Positions 12,650-25,238 of a DNA stretch of 64,000 bases are shown here, piece by piece. The notes beneath the pieces are model-generated. The model was not told where the DNA came from. It worked only from the letters and a program-made list of their open reading frames with translations, and searched no databases. A program made the translations under genes and the position numbers. The stretch is taken from positions 169,384,001 to 169,448,000 of the forward strand of contig OX597814.1 of assembly GCA_951406725.2 (NCBI GenBank), given 5' to 3'. Source of the stretch: Octopus vulgaris (lineage: Eukaryota). The first letter of the stretch is position 1. Every line of letters begins with the position of its first letter.

Positions 12650-14835
12650 CTTATTTCTTGCCAGGTGTCTGTATCATTGGTAGGCCATTGAAATAAACAC
12701 ACCAGATTGTTCATTTACAAAGTCATGTGATAGATAAAAAGGGGAAGAAAGACAGAGAGAAAAAGGAAAAAATAAAAAATAAAAAGGTAAGCAAAGAAAA
12801 TAAAGGAAAGAAAATTCACTGCGACAATGCTCTTTTCAGTACATGCAATGAACCAGTTGAGACAATCTTTTGTACTTCCTGCATGGATGATAAACCAGGA
12901 ATCATTCTTAAATAACTTTCAGTTCCTTTTTTGATCATTGCAAGTGCTCCTATAATCACTGGTATTGTAGCTGCCTTGAGATGCCTCAGTTTTTCAAATT
13001 CAATCAACAGATCTTTATATTGTATAAGCTTATCAAATTCTTTTGCTGAGATATTATGGTTACAGGAATTACTCATGTCAATCAATGAACAAACTTTATT
13101 GTTTTGGTCTTTCACAACAATATCTGGTTTATTTGCTTTGATGATCCAGTCTGTACATACTGGAAAGTCTCAAAAAATTGTTACATTTTCTCTCTCAGTT
13201 ACAGCCTCAAGGTGGTGCTTGTGCCATTTGTCAGTAGTTTTCATTTCAAAATGCCGACACATTATCCTATGTAGATATTAGTCACCTCTGTCATGTCTTG
13301 ATTTGTACTCTACAGGTGCGAAAACCTTACACCTAAAGATTAGGTGGTCTACTGTTTCAATCCCATCATTGCTGTATTGGCACTTTGGATCTTTTCCATT
13401 TTTCATCACACTGGCTTGATAGTTCCAGGTCAATAACCTCTAATCTTGAGTAGCCAAGATAAAAACCTTCACTCTCTGCCTTTAGGCCTGAGCTCTGTAG
13501 CCACTGATGGGTCTGTTTCAGGTCTACATTAGCTTGTTTGTTATGGACCACATATTTGCATGCAGAGGCTTTTGTTCCCACTTATCAGCCAATTATTCAA
13601 ATGCATTTTGCTTTGCTATTGATTTCACCTTCTTTGCAACTATACATGAAAATTTTTTTGCTCTCCTTCGTAACAGAATGAAGCTTATTTCTTTCATGGG
13701 TTTCAACAAACTTTAACATCCAATTGTTAGATGTTTCAAGATATTTTGCCGGTCCAATAGCTCTGGGTAGGTAAAGATGATTTGTATCTGCCTTTGGGTG
13801 GTGCATCTTATTGCAAGTCAGCAGCTTACAAATTTTCGTGTCAATCTTCCTTATTTCACTCATATTCCAGTTCAACACATTGAAACTGTAAATAACAACT
13901 GGAACTGCTAAAGAATTTATAGCCAACACCTTGTTACGTGAATTTAACTCGGATTTTAGGACTGCTCAAACTCTCCTGTAACATTCCTTCCTGATCTTCT
14001 CTTTCATGCTTGATGCTGAATGCCAGAGCCCTAATTTATTCCGAGGTATTTGTAAGTTTGTTCCTGCTCAAGTTCTTTTATGTCTGTGTCAACATCTAAC
14101 ACCACTGAATGTGAGGTCTTCAATTTACCTTCCTGGAAAGTGGATTTGGCACATTTATCAAAACCAAATTCCATCCAGATGTCATCACTGAATGCTTTTA
14201 CAATATGTAGTAGTCCTTTAAGCTCATTATCACCTTTGCCATAGAGTTTTAAGTCATCCATATAAAATAGATGACTTATTTTCTTGTCGCCAATTTTATA
14301 TTCATACCCTGTTCTGTTAAGGTCCCTTGAAAGGCGTATTACGGCTCTACAGAAAATTAAAGGTGAAAGTGAGTCACCTTGGGAAATGCTGCAGTTAATA
14401 TTAATATTTTTTGTGATCAGTACTCCATTAGAATGATATAATTGGAGATTTGTATTCCACATTGACATATTGTGCTTCAGGAAGTTTGAAATCATAGGAG
14501 AAATTTTGAAGATATCCAGCAATTTCAAGATGCTTGAATGCAGTATGTTGCCAAAGGCCATTTTATAGTCAATCCATGTGGAACTGAGATTTCTGCATTT
14601 GTTATAACAGTTCTCAAGGATCATGCGATTTTGCATCCATATGAGTCTCACTGGCACCCTTTTTCTTCAGTGGGGAAAATATTGTTCTGTTCCATAAATT
14701 TATGTGTTTTCTCCATGAGGATGGATGTTGAAGTTTTATATGTCGCAGATAGACATGTTATAGGTTAATAGTTTTGGGAAAATTTTGTTTCATTATTCTG
14801 CAAGAGGTAAGTAATACCTCTTGCTAACCAATCAA
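12650..14835 (-). mobile_element. R4/Dong-type LINE, 5'-truncated (RT, CCHC, REL)
   Basis: WIDYKMAF...QGDSLSPLIFC...SHLFYMDDLKLY...FGFDKCAK (RT); AINSLAVPVVIYSF; WLQSSGLKAESEG; LIDMS...KYKDL-like...PVIIGALA; many frameshifts. Confidence 0.95.
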
Positions 14836-15221
14836 GTGTTTTTTTTAACCTTTGTATACTGTGTATATGACCCTTCTCTTTCATTTTATACAGTGTATAC
14901 TTACTTTTTTTTTATAATTATTTTATCATTTCATCATATGTAAATCCCCATATCTTATGTCTGTCTTTGTATTGTACTCCTCATCCTTCACCCTGGTGGC
15001 AAATAAATGAAATCATTATTATCATCATCATCATCATCATTAAAGTCAAAATTAAAAGAAGAGTGCCATTGTCATCTAGTGAAGGATATTTCAACATTTT
15101 GTGTGTCTTCAACATGCTCAAAAAATAATTTTGTCAATCTACTTCATTTTGGTTTATATATAAGTAACTCCTCCAGAAGATAAAAATTAAAAGAAGAGCG
15201 CCATTGTCATCTAGTGAACGA

Positions 15222-15284
<63 letters not shown>

Positions 15285-15287
<3 letters not shown>

Positions 15288-15870
15288 ACATTTGATAGTT
15301 TCAGGCAAATTTCTACTGCATCACCTGCTACACTTCTGTATTGCTGGGATGTGTGCAGCATTGTATGTTCTCTTCTGTTTTTAGGGGAGTGCATACTCTT
15401 CCTGATATGGTATTGCATGCATTTGTTTTGTTATGGGGCCTGGTTGTCATGTTTTGTTGCATTAGCATTTGTATTGTGTTGTGTATGTAATGCAAGCTAT
15501 TTTCTTCTGTTGGGTATCTATATATCCTGTAGAGTACATGTTGTGGTGGTTATATATTTTATTAGATATTTACTGCATAGAGTGGGTCTTGTTTTTGTGG
15601 ATTGTTTTGTTTGGGTAATATTATTGAATTGATAGTGTCTTGCGTAGGATGTGGGCTGTTGCTACCAGGGCTATTTTTTGGATAGTGTGTAGTGTTGAGG
15701 GTCCAGGTATAGTTTCTACATTTTTGTCCATGTGTTTTTTTATCATACTCAATGTTCCATTATTACGGTTATTGTTTTCACCTTCATGCCCCACAGCTTG
15801 AATACTTCAATTTAGAGGTCTTTATACTTTGACAATTTCTCTACTTCTTTTTGGTCAGAAGGGACTGCAA
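15285..15870 (-). mobile_element. R4/Dong-type LINE 3' end with long 3' UTR and (AAT)n tail
   Basis: Reverse strand encodes KYKDL..EVFKLWGMK...IPGPSTLHTIQKIALVATAHILRKTL. Confidence 0.8.
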
Positions 15871-15971
<101 letters not shown>

Positions 15972-16117
15972 GCCTGTCTGCCTATCTGCCTGCCTGCCTG
16001 TCTGTCTGCCTGCCTGCCTGTCCGTCCATCCATCCGGCCGGCCGGTCAGCCAGCCAGTCATCATCATCATCATCATCATCATCATTATTATTATTATTTT
16101 TATTATTATTATTATTA

Positions 16118-17436
16118 TCTTATAATAATTCTGCTTGCCATTACATTACTTAGCCTGTCAGAAACGCTTTCACATGATTAGAGAAAAAGAGGGAGACAGA
16201 AAAGAGAGAGAGAAAAAAAGGAAGGGGAAAAAGAGGGAGGGAGAAAAAGAGGGAAGAAGAAAAAGAGGGAGGGAGAAAAAGAGGGAAGAAGAAAAAGAGG
16301 GAGGGAGAAAAAGTGGGAGAGAGAAAACTGGGAGAGAGAAACATCCATAATGTGAAGTAGAGAGAATGTAATTGTAATGCTTCCATATGATTGGTTGAAG
16401 GGAAAGAGAGGAGAAAGAAAAAAGAGAGAGTGAAAAAGAGGATAAGGCGAAGGGTGAAAGAGGGAGTAAGAGAAAGAGGTAGAGAGAAGCATCCATGACA
16501 TGAGGTAAGGAGGAATGTAATATCTACTATGTGGTTAAAAAAGTTAGTTGAAAGTAAAGGAGGAGAGTTAAAAATACAGTTTTAGCAGAAGTATGATATT
16601 TTGATGGTAAGATTAAAGAAAGGCACACAGAGAGAGTGAGGGAGAGAGAGAGAGGAGAAAGAGAGGGGGGGAAGAGAGAGAAGAGAGAGGGAGAGAGAGA
16701 GGAGAGATGGGAGTGAAAGAGAGAGGAGAAAGAGAGGAGGGGAAGAGAGAGGAGAGAGAGGGAGAGAAAGGAGAAAGAGAGGAGTGGAAGAGAGAGGAGA
16801 GAGGGAGAGAAAGGAGAAAGAGAGGAGGGGAAGAGAGAGGAGATAGGGAGAGAAAGGAGAAAGAGAGGAGGGGAAGAGAGAGGAGAGAGAGGAGTGAAAG
16901 AGAGAGGAGAAAGAGAGGAAGAGAGGAGAGAGAGGAGGAAGGGAGAAAGAGAGAGATGGTGATGGTTGTAGTGGTGGTGGTGGTTGTGGTGGAGGTGGTG
17001 GTGATTGGATAGTGAAAAGTGTAGTTTTTTTAAAGAATTGAACTAAGTTTTTTTTTTTATATCACCTATCACTTAATGCATGTGCATAAGTGCAATTCCA
17101 TGAAATATTCAAGATTATTTGCATGGCAGATATATGCAATTTAACTAAAGGTTGTATCATATGTATAGGATATTTATTTTGTTCATGGGAAAAATGGAAA
17201 AATAAGAGTGAATATATATTTTACGAGCACTGTATTTTAAGTCTATAAAATTGTATATAAGTATATAAAATGTATAAATAAAATACATAAAGTAATCATT
17301 ATGAGTAGAAGATGAGTGACTATCTTCCCATACAGACACATAACAGGCTACGCTTTCAGGTTTTTTGGATAAAGTTTTCAGAAATAACCCAATAGGTTTA
17401 CCCTTAATTCTGTGAAATATCCATGGGTCCCGCTAG
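16118..17436 (+). mobile_element. Non-autonomous Helitron with GA-rich expansions
   Basis: A|TC 5' end, degenerate subterminal hairpin then CTAG|T at 17433-17437, inserted in (ATT)n; 5' part homologous to 44431-44716. Confidence 0.7.
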
Positions 17437-17459
17437 TTATTACTATTATGCTGGTGCAT

Positions 17460-18200
17460 GCTAATTTAGTTAGCAAGTATTTTATCTTGCAGTCTGGTAA
17501 CAACAAGTCCCCTCAAATCTCAGGAATTTTTCTTAGGATTCTTGCAGAATATAGTATGGTAATTTTCAGCAGGTCAACCTTTTGAGTTTCAATTTCAATT
17601 TCTATCAGTCTTTTTGGTAGCATTTTGGGTGTTGTGCCAAATGCACCTATTATTACAGGAATAATTGTTATCTTGGTCTTCTACAATCTCCTTAGTTCTC
17701 TAGCTAGATCCTGTTATTTCTTATTTTTTTCCATTTCTCTGGAATCAATTCTGTTATCATAGGGAATTGCAAAATATATAATCTTGTATTGTTTGTTTAT
17801 TTTGTCCTTTATAATTCTGTCTGGCCTTCTTGCTTCAATAGTATGGCCAGCCGTTATGGCAAAATCCCACCAGATCTTGTAACTCTCATTGGTTCGTGCT
17901 CATACCTCTTTCCTGTTGTTTTGAAGCCACATACTCAACTAAGAATCCAATGCACTCTTTTGCCTACAAACTCATGCCTGTGCTTGTATTCTTTTTGTGC
18001 TACTAAACTGCACTCACTCAAAAGATGATTGATATTTTCATCACCTTTTCTACAGATTCTACATTTGCTGTCTGACTGAGTTTTGTTGATCTTTGCTTTA
18101 TCAGGTTTATTCTAAGGGCTTGTTCCTGAGCAGCTGTAATTAGTCTTTCTGTTTCACATTTCAAATGCCTGTTGGTCAACCAAAGCGGGCTTTACTTTAC
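17460..18200 (-). mobile_element. R4/Dong-type LINE 3' fragment (CCHC plus REL)
   Basis: CRICRKGDENINHLLSECS...EYKHRHE...VHW...FAIPYD...IIPVIIGAFG...SARILRK. Confidence 0.88.
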
Positions 18201-18546
18201 TGGCAATTGCACCTTTGTATATCCATAGCTTGCTCTAGGTACACAAGTATGGAATTTCTACCTCTACCTTTTCTATATATCAAGCAGGATCATTTTCTTG
18301 AAGGAAGCAGAATCCCATGTTTTCCTACATATTAGACCTTTGGTCTTTGCTAGGTTAACTTTAAGGCTTTTTGGTCCCAGGTTTCCTTTTACAACTGAAA
18401 TTTTTTCCTAATTCTATAACAGGAAGCGGGGCATTAGCCCATAGCTGTTTCCTAGGATAACCAGACTTAAATTCCTGTGTTATGTTCTGCAGACCTATAA
18501 TAAATAAACAGGATCTGAGAACTAAACGTTGGTAAACTAATTCACA

Positions 18547-18824
18547 CTGTTGTGTCTGGGGAGAGTCATTTTCTTTTTGTGTCTTATAATGTAACACACT
18601 CACAGGTAAAATTTCCACTTATTTCTTATTTTTATTTTCCTAAAATTTTCGTTGCATCTTGCCACCTTTTCAATAGTCAAGACAATAGTCAAGACTATTG
18701 AAAAGATTGCAAGACACAACGAAAATTTTAGGAAAATAAAAATAAGAAATAAGTGGAAATTTTACCGGTGAGTGTGTTAAATTATAAAGCACAAAAAGAA
18801 AATGACTCTCCCCAGACACAACAG
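18547..18824. repeat. Palindromic inverted repeat, arms about 132 bp
   Basis: 18547-18678 pairs with 18693-18824, about 8 mismatches by hand alignment. Confidence 0.95.
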
Positions 18825-19119
18825 AATATGCTTCAACACACAAACTCATATGAAGAATCTTGCAAACCAAATCCAAAAACGAAATAATTCACACTAATTT
18901 ACTGCTATATTCATTACAAATTCTCACCTTACTGATGACACCCCTGTATATGGTTTGCATGGCTCTCCCAAGTCTTTGATCTTACTCTCTTGGTTTTTCA
19001 GTGACCACCAGATCACAGAGCGAGGAAGATTTGGTGATTTTTTTTTGTAAATTAACTTTTTCTAGAACTACAGTTATGGAAATTTAAAATAAAAAAAATT
19101 AAATTGAACTTCATAACTC

Positions 19120-19365
19120 CCCTGCCCCACCCTCCTTCTCTCACTACACACACACTTCAGCAATGTAGCTATACACATGCTGTGGGCGACTCCTTTCCCT
19201 TCTTTGAACTTTTCCCTTCCTCCTTCCTGATGAAGTGCAATGCTCGAAACATCAAAAACTCTATCTTTCTACTAAACGTCAAACTAATATATTCCTTGCG
19301 CATGTCCTCTTGTTGTCTGTCAATTTCATCATTCGTTTGTATTGAAATGATTATTTATATGAATT

Positions 19366-19370
<5 letters not shown>
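19120..19370 (+). mobile_element. Probable Penelope-like pseudo-LTR fragment with minimal hammerhead motif
   Basis: CTGATGA-AGTGCAATGCTC-GAAAC at 19227-19250; ends in (TA)n. Confidence 0.55.
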
Positions 19371-19418
<48 letters not shown>

Positions 19419-19589
19419 TAGGTTAATTGAGTTAGAGGTGAAAATAACCATCTAAGGGATAGAAGTATCCATTACACTACTGGTGTATTACCTATATTTA
19501 CCATAGGCATACATATGCAAACACATTACACTCATAAATTATAGGTAAAGACAAGGATAATACATGGGTTTATCAAGAATCAAAATTTA

Positions 19590-19758
19590 AAGAAAACAGA
19601 AAATCGAGAAGTACTAATGAACCACAATTGACTTACATCAATTATTATTTATTAATTCAATGCAAAGAGACAGGAAATGGATGGGATGCAATCTATTTGC
19701 ATTGAATTAATAAATAATAATTGTTGTTCATCAGTACTTCTCCATTTTCTGTTTTCTT
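19590..19758. repeat. Inverted repeat, about 65-bp arms, in a (TA)n-flanked insert
   Basis: AAGAAAACAGAAAAT...TCAATGCAAA pairs with TTTGCATTGA...ATTTTCTGTTTTCTT; left arm has 14 extra nt. Confidence 0.9.
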
Positions 19759-19799
19759 CATATATATATATATGTGTGTGTGCGTGTGTATATATATGT

Positions 19800-19830
<31 letters not shown>

Positions 19831-20176
19831 CATAAATATATAAATATATAGAGAGAGGGGCATATAAGCTCTCTATAACTGGAGGTAGGAAACAAACCTT
19901 TTAAGTATTATTGCTCTAATTTTTAAAGTGTGCTTCAGTTTGGATTTATAAACTAATGAGTGATTGTGTGTGTGTGTGTGTGTTTATATATATATAAGAG
20001 AATAAAGTGTACATACGCCACTATATATGTATATAAAAAATACAAAATGGGACAAGAACGCAAAACATCTGAATAGACAATACAAAAAACACGGACAGGT
20101 CATTCGAAGCCTTTAATCTTCAGTCAAGAACCGGATCATCCTTGCAATTGCGGCTGAAATATATATATATATACAC

Positions 20177-20478
20177 GGAGGCGCAATGGCCCAGTGGTTA
20201 GGGTAGCGGACTCGTGGTTATAGGATCGCGGTTTCGGCTCTCAGACTAGGCATTGTGAGTGTTTATTGAGTGAAAACACCTAAAGCTCCACAAGGCTCCG
20301 GCAGGGGATGGTGGCGATCCCTGCTGTACTCTTTCGCTGCAACTTTCTCTCACTCTTTCTTCTGTTGGCCTGCTCACTTAACCAGCAGGGTGGCGTCATT
20401 CGAAGGCTAAAACAATGCGAATGCATTGTGACCAGCGATGTGTAGCAACATCTGATGGTCTGGTCAGTCACGGTGATC
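20177..20478 (+). mobile_element. tRNA-derived SINE family D
   Basis: GGAGGCGCAATGGCCCAGTGGTTAGGG head. Confidence 0.88.
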
Positions 20479-21059
20479 ATGGAGATATATACACACATAC
20501 ACACATATATAAACACATGCACAATGAATTTCAGTCTTTTAAATCCACAAAAAAAAAAAAGGCTTTGTGCAACTTGGAACTAGAGTAGAAAACATTTGCC
20601 AAAGGTGCTACACAGTGGAACAAAACCTAGAATTACATGGTTGCACATGCACATGCATGCATGCTTATTTTATAGTGTGTTGGACAGAGAATTGAGAAGC
20701 CAGAAATTGGTGTAAGTTCATTGTAATATGTATGCATACACACACACATACACATGCACAGAGGCGCACACACACACAAAGCACACATACCAACACATGC
20801 AAACAAGCACACACACACACAAAACACATACTCAAAGCACACATATACTAAAACGAGCACATAACAAATTCACAAATTGGCGCTTGCACACACACACACA
20901 CACACGCACACACATGTATAGACATTTTCTCATAAATAAAGAACCTGTATCAGTTGTCAATGTTCACTTATTCTAACCATAGCATACAAACTTATCCAAA
21001 TTTATGAATTTCACAGTATTTACCTATGCAAGCATTCATAGAATAATCGCATACATATA

Positions 21060-21700
21060 TGTATTTACACACACACACACACAACACACATATGTATGTA
21101 TATGTATGTAGAAAGATACATATACATATACATTCATGTATTTACATACATACGTGCATACACACACATACATACATACACACATACATACATACATACA
21201 TACATACATACATACACACATACATACATACATACATACATACATACATGCACACATACATACATACATACATACATACATACATACACACACACATACA
21301 TACATACATACATACATACATACATACATACATGCATACTTACATGCACACATACATACATACATATATGCATGCATGCATGCATGCATACATACATACA
21401 TACATACATACATACACACATACACACATACATAGAAACACACACACATACATAGATACATGCATACATACATACATACATACATACATACATACATACA
21501 CACATGCATACATACACACACACATGCATACATACATACATACATACATACATACATACATACACACATGCATACATACATACATACATACATACATACA
21601 TACATACATACATACATACATACATACATACATACATACATACATACATACATACATACATACATACATGCATACATACATACATATGCACATACAGACA
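21060..21700. repeat. (CATA)n/(CA)n microsatellite
   Basis: Directly visible. Confidence 0.97.
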
Positions 21701-22459
21701 TTGACCTAGCTCTGCTCCCTCAATACTACAGACATTCACTAACCTTAGCTTTGTATTAATCATATCACAAGTTATTGAAATGAATGATTAAGCTAATAGA
21801 AAGTCAATATTTATAGGTTTTTTTAGACTATTTTTGATCTTTGTTGCCTTTCCTTGAATTATATCAAAGTTCTATTAAAATTGCATTGTAAAGTCTATCA
21901 AGTTATCACAGTTATTAGATGAATAAACACACAAGCACGCCTACACACACAAGCACACGTACACATACACATATGCACACACATACACACAAATGTACAT
22001 ATAAATATATCTGCAACTACTCTTACACACTTATATGTAACACACACACGCACACACACAAACACATATAAATATATGCATATATGTATATATTTGAACG
22101 ACTACCTATTAACCATAAGTCATTCTTAAATAAAAGACTCATGATGGTGTAAAACATCAAGAATAAAGATTATTCATTTAATAAAATGATTCATGACAGC
22201 TGGATAGCTGTTTCACTCACAGGAGCCTATCAAATGAATCAAAAATTATTGAGGGTTGCTGAACCTAGAGCATGCTCAGAAAAGGCATTTAAAAGGAACC
22301 TGTGGGGTAAATTGCTTTTAGAGCATGGTTTGCTTTTTAAAGGGTTGCAATAAAAATGGAAAAATTGCAATGGAGAAAGAGAAAGATAAGTAGATATTAT
22401 AGTCTGGTGGAGGAGTATAAATGAATATGAAGGAATGAAAAGTTTATGTAAATATATAG

Positions 22460-22692
22460 TATGTATGTATGTATGTATGTATGTATGTATGTATGTATGT
22501 ATGTATGTATGTATGTATGTACGTATGTACGTATGTATGTATGTATGTACGTACGTACGTACGTATGTATGTATGTATGTATGTATGTATGTATGTATGT
22601 ATGCATGTGTGTATGTGTGTATGTATGTATGTATGTATGTGTGTAAGTGTGTATGTGTGTATGTATGTATGCATGTGTGTATGTATGTATGG

Positions 22693-22723
<31 letters not shown>

Positions 22724-23080
22724 CATGCATGCATGCATGCATGTATGTATGCATGTATGTGTGTATGTGTGTATGCATGTGTGTATGTATGTATGTATGT
22801 ATGTATGCATGCATGCATGCATGTAGGTATGTATGTATGTATGGGTATGTATGCATGTATGTATGTATGTATGTATGTATGTAGGTATGTATGTATGTAT
22901 GTATGTATTATGTATGTATGTACGTACGTATGTATGCATTTATGTATGTATGTACATATGTATGTATGTATGGATATATATATGTCTGTCTGTCTGTATG
23001 TCTGTATGTATGTATGTATGTATGTATGTATGTATGTATGTATGTATGTATGATATATGTATGCATGAATGTATGTATAT
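22460..23080. repeat. (TATG)n microsatellite
   Basis: Directly visible. Confidence 0.97.
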
Positions 23081-23083
23081 ATA

Positions 23084-23301
23084 CAAAGGGATGCTGAAAA
23101 GTTCCTGGCTTTAAGAATACCATGATTGGCCTGGTTGGAGACCCAGCCTTCCGAGTTATTTTACATGGCTTAGAAAAACTTGAAGGACTGTTGCAATATG
23201 TGTGTGAATCTGCAAGGAGAATATATCAAATAAAATCATAATTAACTGATCCTCCTGTATTTTCTTTTACCCAAGGCCGGGAACTCTTCAGCACTCATTT
23301 G
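23084..23301 (+). mobile_element. Mariner-derived MITE
   Basis: TA flanks; imperfect TIR CAAAGGGATGCTGAAAAGTTCCTGGCTT vs AAGGCCGGGAACTCTTCAGCACTCATTTG; internal remnant resembling the mariner C-terminus (GLEKL...CV.L.GEY). Confidence 0.8.
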
Positions 23302-23694
23302 TATTTGTGAACATGTGTGTTTGTGTGTGTATGTATGTACACATGTATATATCTATGTTTTTGTATATATTTATGTTTATGGCTATAAATATATATTACT
23401 TATACACACATACATTCATATATGTGTGCATAAGCTTGTTCCTTTAATATTTGCTTTTCTGTTCTATCATGGGTTGCACAGAGAATTATTTATGGCAAGA
23501 ATTTACAAACAGATACTCTCCTCGTTGCCATCCTACCTGGTTTTCAAGAGGGATTTCTGTATTCCAGGAGTCTTTGAAGTTACAGAAGGACTGGTGGTAA
23601 TATCTGCGGGGAATGCCAGCATCATCATTATTTCATAGGGACTAGCATCTTGTCTGTCTTAATTTCAACTACATTGGTAAAAAGTAAGCAATTT

Positions 23695-24135
23695 GTCTTT
23701 TATCTTTTACTTGCCTCAGTCATTAGACAGCAGCCCTGCTGAGGCATCATTTTGAAGAATTTTTTAGTCAAATGAATCAGCTCCTGTATTTTTTGTTTTT
23801 TTAAGCCTGGTACTTATTCTATCAGTCTCTTTATAATGCACTGCTAGTTATGGGAACAGAAACAAACCAATACCATTTGTTAAGTGATGATGGGAGACAA
23901 ATACGGATACCAAGACACACACATACACATGCACATGTGCACACACACATGCACACATATACACATACACACACACGCACACATGATGAGCTCCTTTCAG
24001 TTTCCACCTAGCAAATCCACTCAATAAGGCTTTGGTTGAACGAAGGCTTTAGCAGAAGACACTTGTCCAAGGTGCCATACTGGAGCTATGTGGTCAGAAA
24101 GTAAACTTCTTACCACACAGCTATGCCTGTACCTT
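23695..24135 (-). mobile_element. Degenerate SINE family A
   Basis: Family A motifs on reverse strand. Confidence 0.8.
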
Positions 24136-24971
24136 TATTCCTAAAGTTTAGTTCAGAGGGAAGAATTTAAATGGCAGATGGTGAAAAACCTGCTAGTCTT
24201 CTCTTAGGAATAAAGGTAACATGGAAGGATAAAGCAAAAACAACAAATGTGATAAGTCACATCAAGGAAATTTTGAGATGGAGGTTAAAAATGCTCCTGA
24301 GAATCTAACATCTAAACTTAATTTTATATAACCACCTCCATCCCCATATGGTATTTATTAACAGGTCAGTTTATTAATTAATAATTATTGATTATAAATG
24401 ATTATGATTCCCAATTCTCAGGAGTGCTTTTAGCTGAAAATATGACCAATACCATAAATTGCTCACAATTTCAATTTGTACATATGCATGTGTGTGAGTG
24501 TGCATGTGTGTATGTGTGCATGTGTGTGAGTGTGCATGTGTGAGAGTGTGTGTGTGAGTGTGTGAGGGTATGTGTGTCTTAGTATGTATGTGTGTGTTTA
24601 TGAGCATGCGTGTCTATGTGTGCATGTTTGATAAGTGAGCAGAAATGGAATGAATCTGACCTTTTGGAGAGCAACACTAGACAAAATAAATAAATAAATA
24701 AATAAAAGCTCTATGATAATGTCTAACAACATTGGTTTCAGGTATGACCTCAATTACTGGATCTAACAAGAGAGATTGGCTGATGCAACATGTCAGCTCT
24801 TCAGCCTACCAAATACACACAGCAGACAGACAACCTGTGAGAAATCTCACTTGCAAACAATGACCACGTTGTCTTTTGGGATGGATTTCTTCACTTAGCA
24901 GTGGACAGACAAGCTTAGATGACAAGGCCAAGCAGTATTTTGCTTACAATAAATATTTTATTATTATTATA

Positions 24972-25230
24972 CGCCCTTTTAAAGCCTAGCCAGGCTCATG
25001 GGTCTAGTTTCCCGGTTTCTGTGGTGTATGTGTTCCCCCCAGCTGGATGGGACACCAGTCCATCGCAGTGTTACTCAAGAAACAGGGAGAGAGAGTAAGA
25101 GAAAGTTGGAGTGAAAGAGTACAACAGGGGTCACTCAATAAACACACACAACGCCCGGTCTGGGAATCGAAACTGCGATCCTCCGACCTTGAGTCTGCTG
25201 CCCTAACCACTGGGCCATTGTGCCTCCACA
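24972..25230 (-). mobile_element. SINE family D with internal deletion
   Basis: Homologous to 97-397. Confidence 0.85.
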
Positions 25231-25238
25231 CAATAAAT

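Noticed and set aside
20177-20250. tRNA gene
   Set aside because: tRNA-like head continues into a SINE body found in three copies; no proper acceptor stem or terminator
24780-24810. Partial resemblance to the miR-745/miR-22 3' end on the minus strand
   Set aside because: No seed match and no precursor hairpin
24742-24836. Possible coding exon (MTSITGSNKRDWLMQH...)
   Set aside because: Weak polypyrimidine tract, CAGGTATGA is equally a donor motif, no recognisable protein and no partner exons
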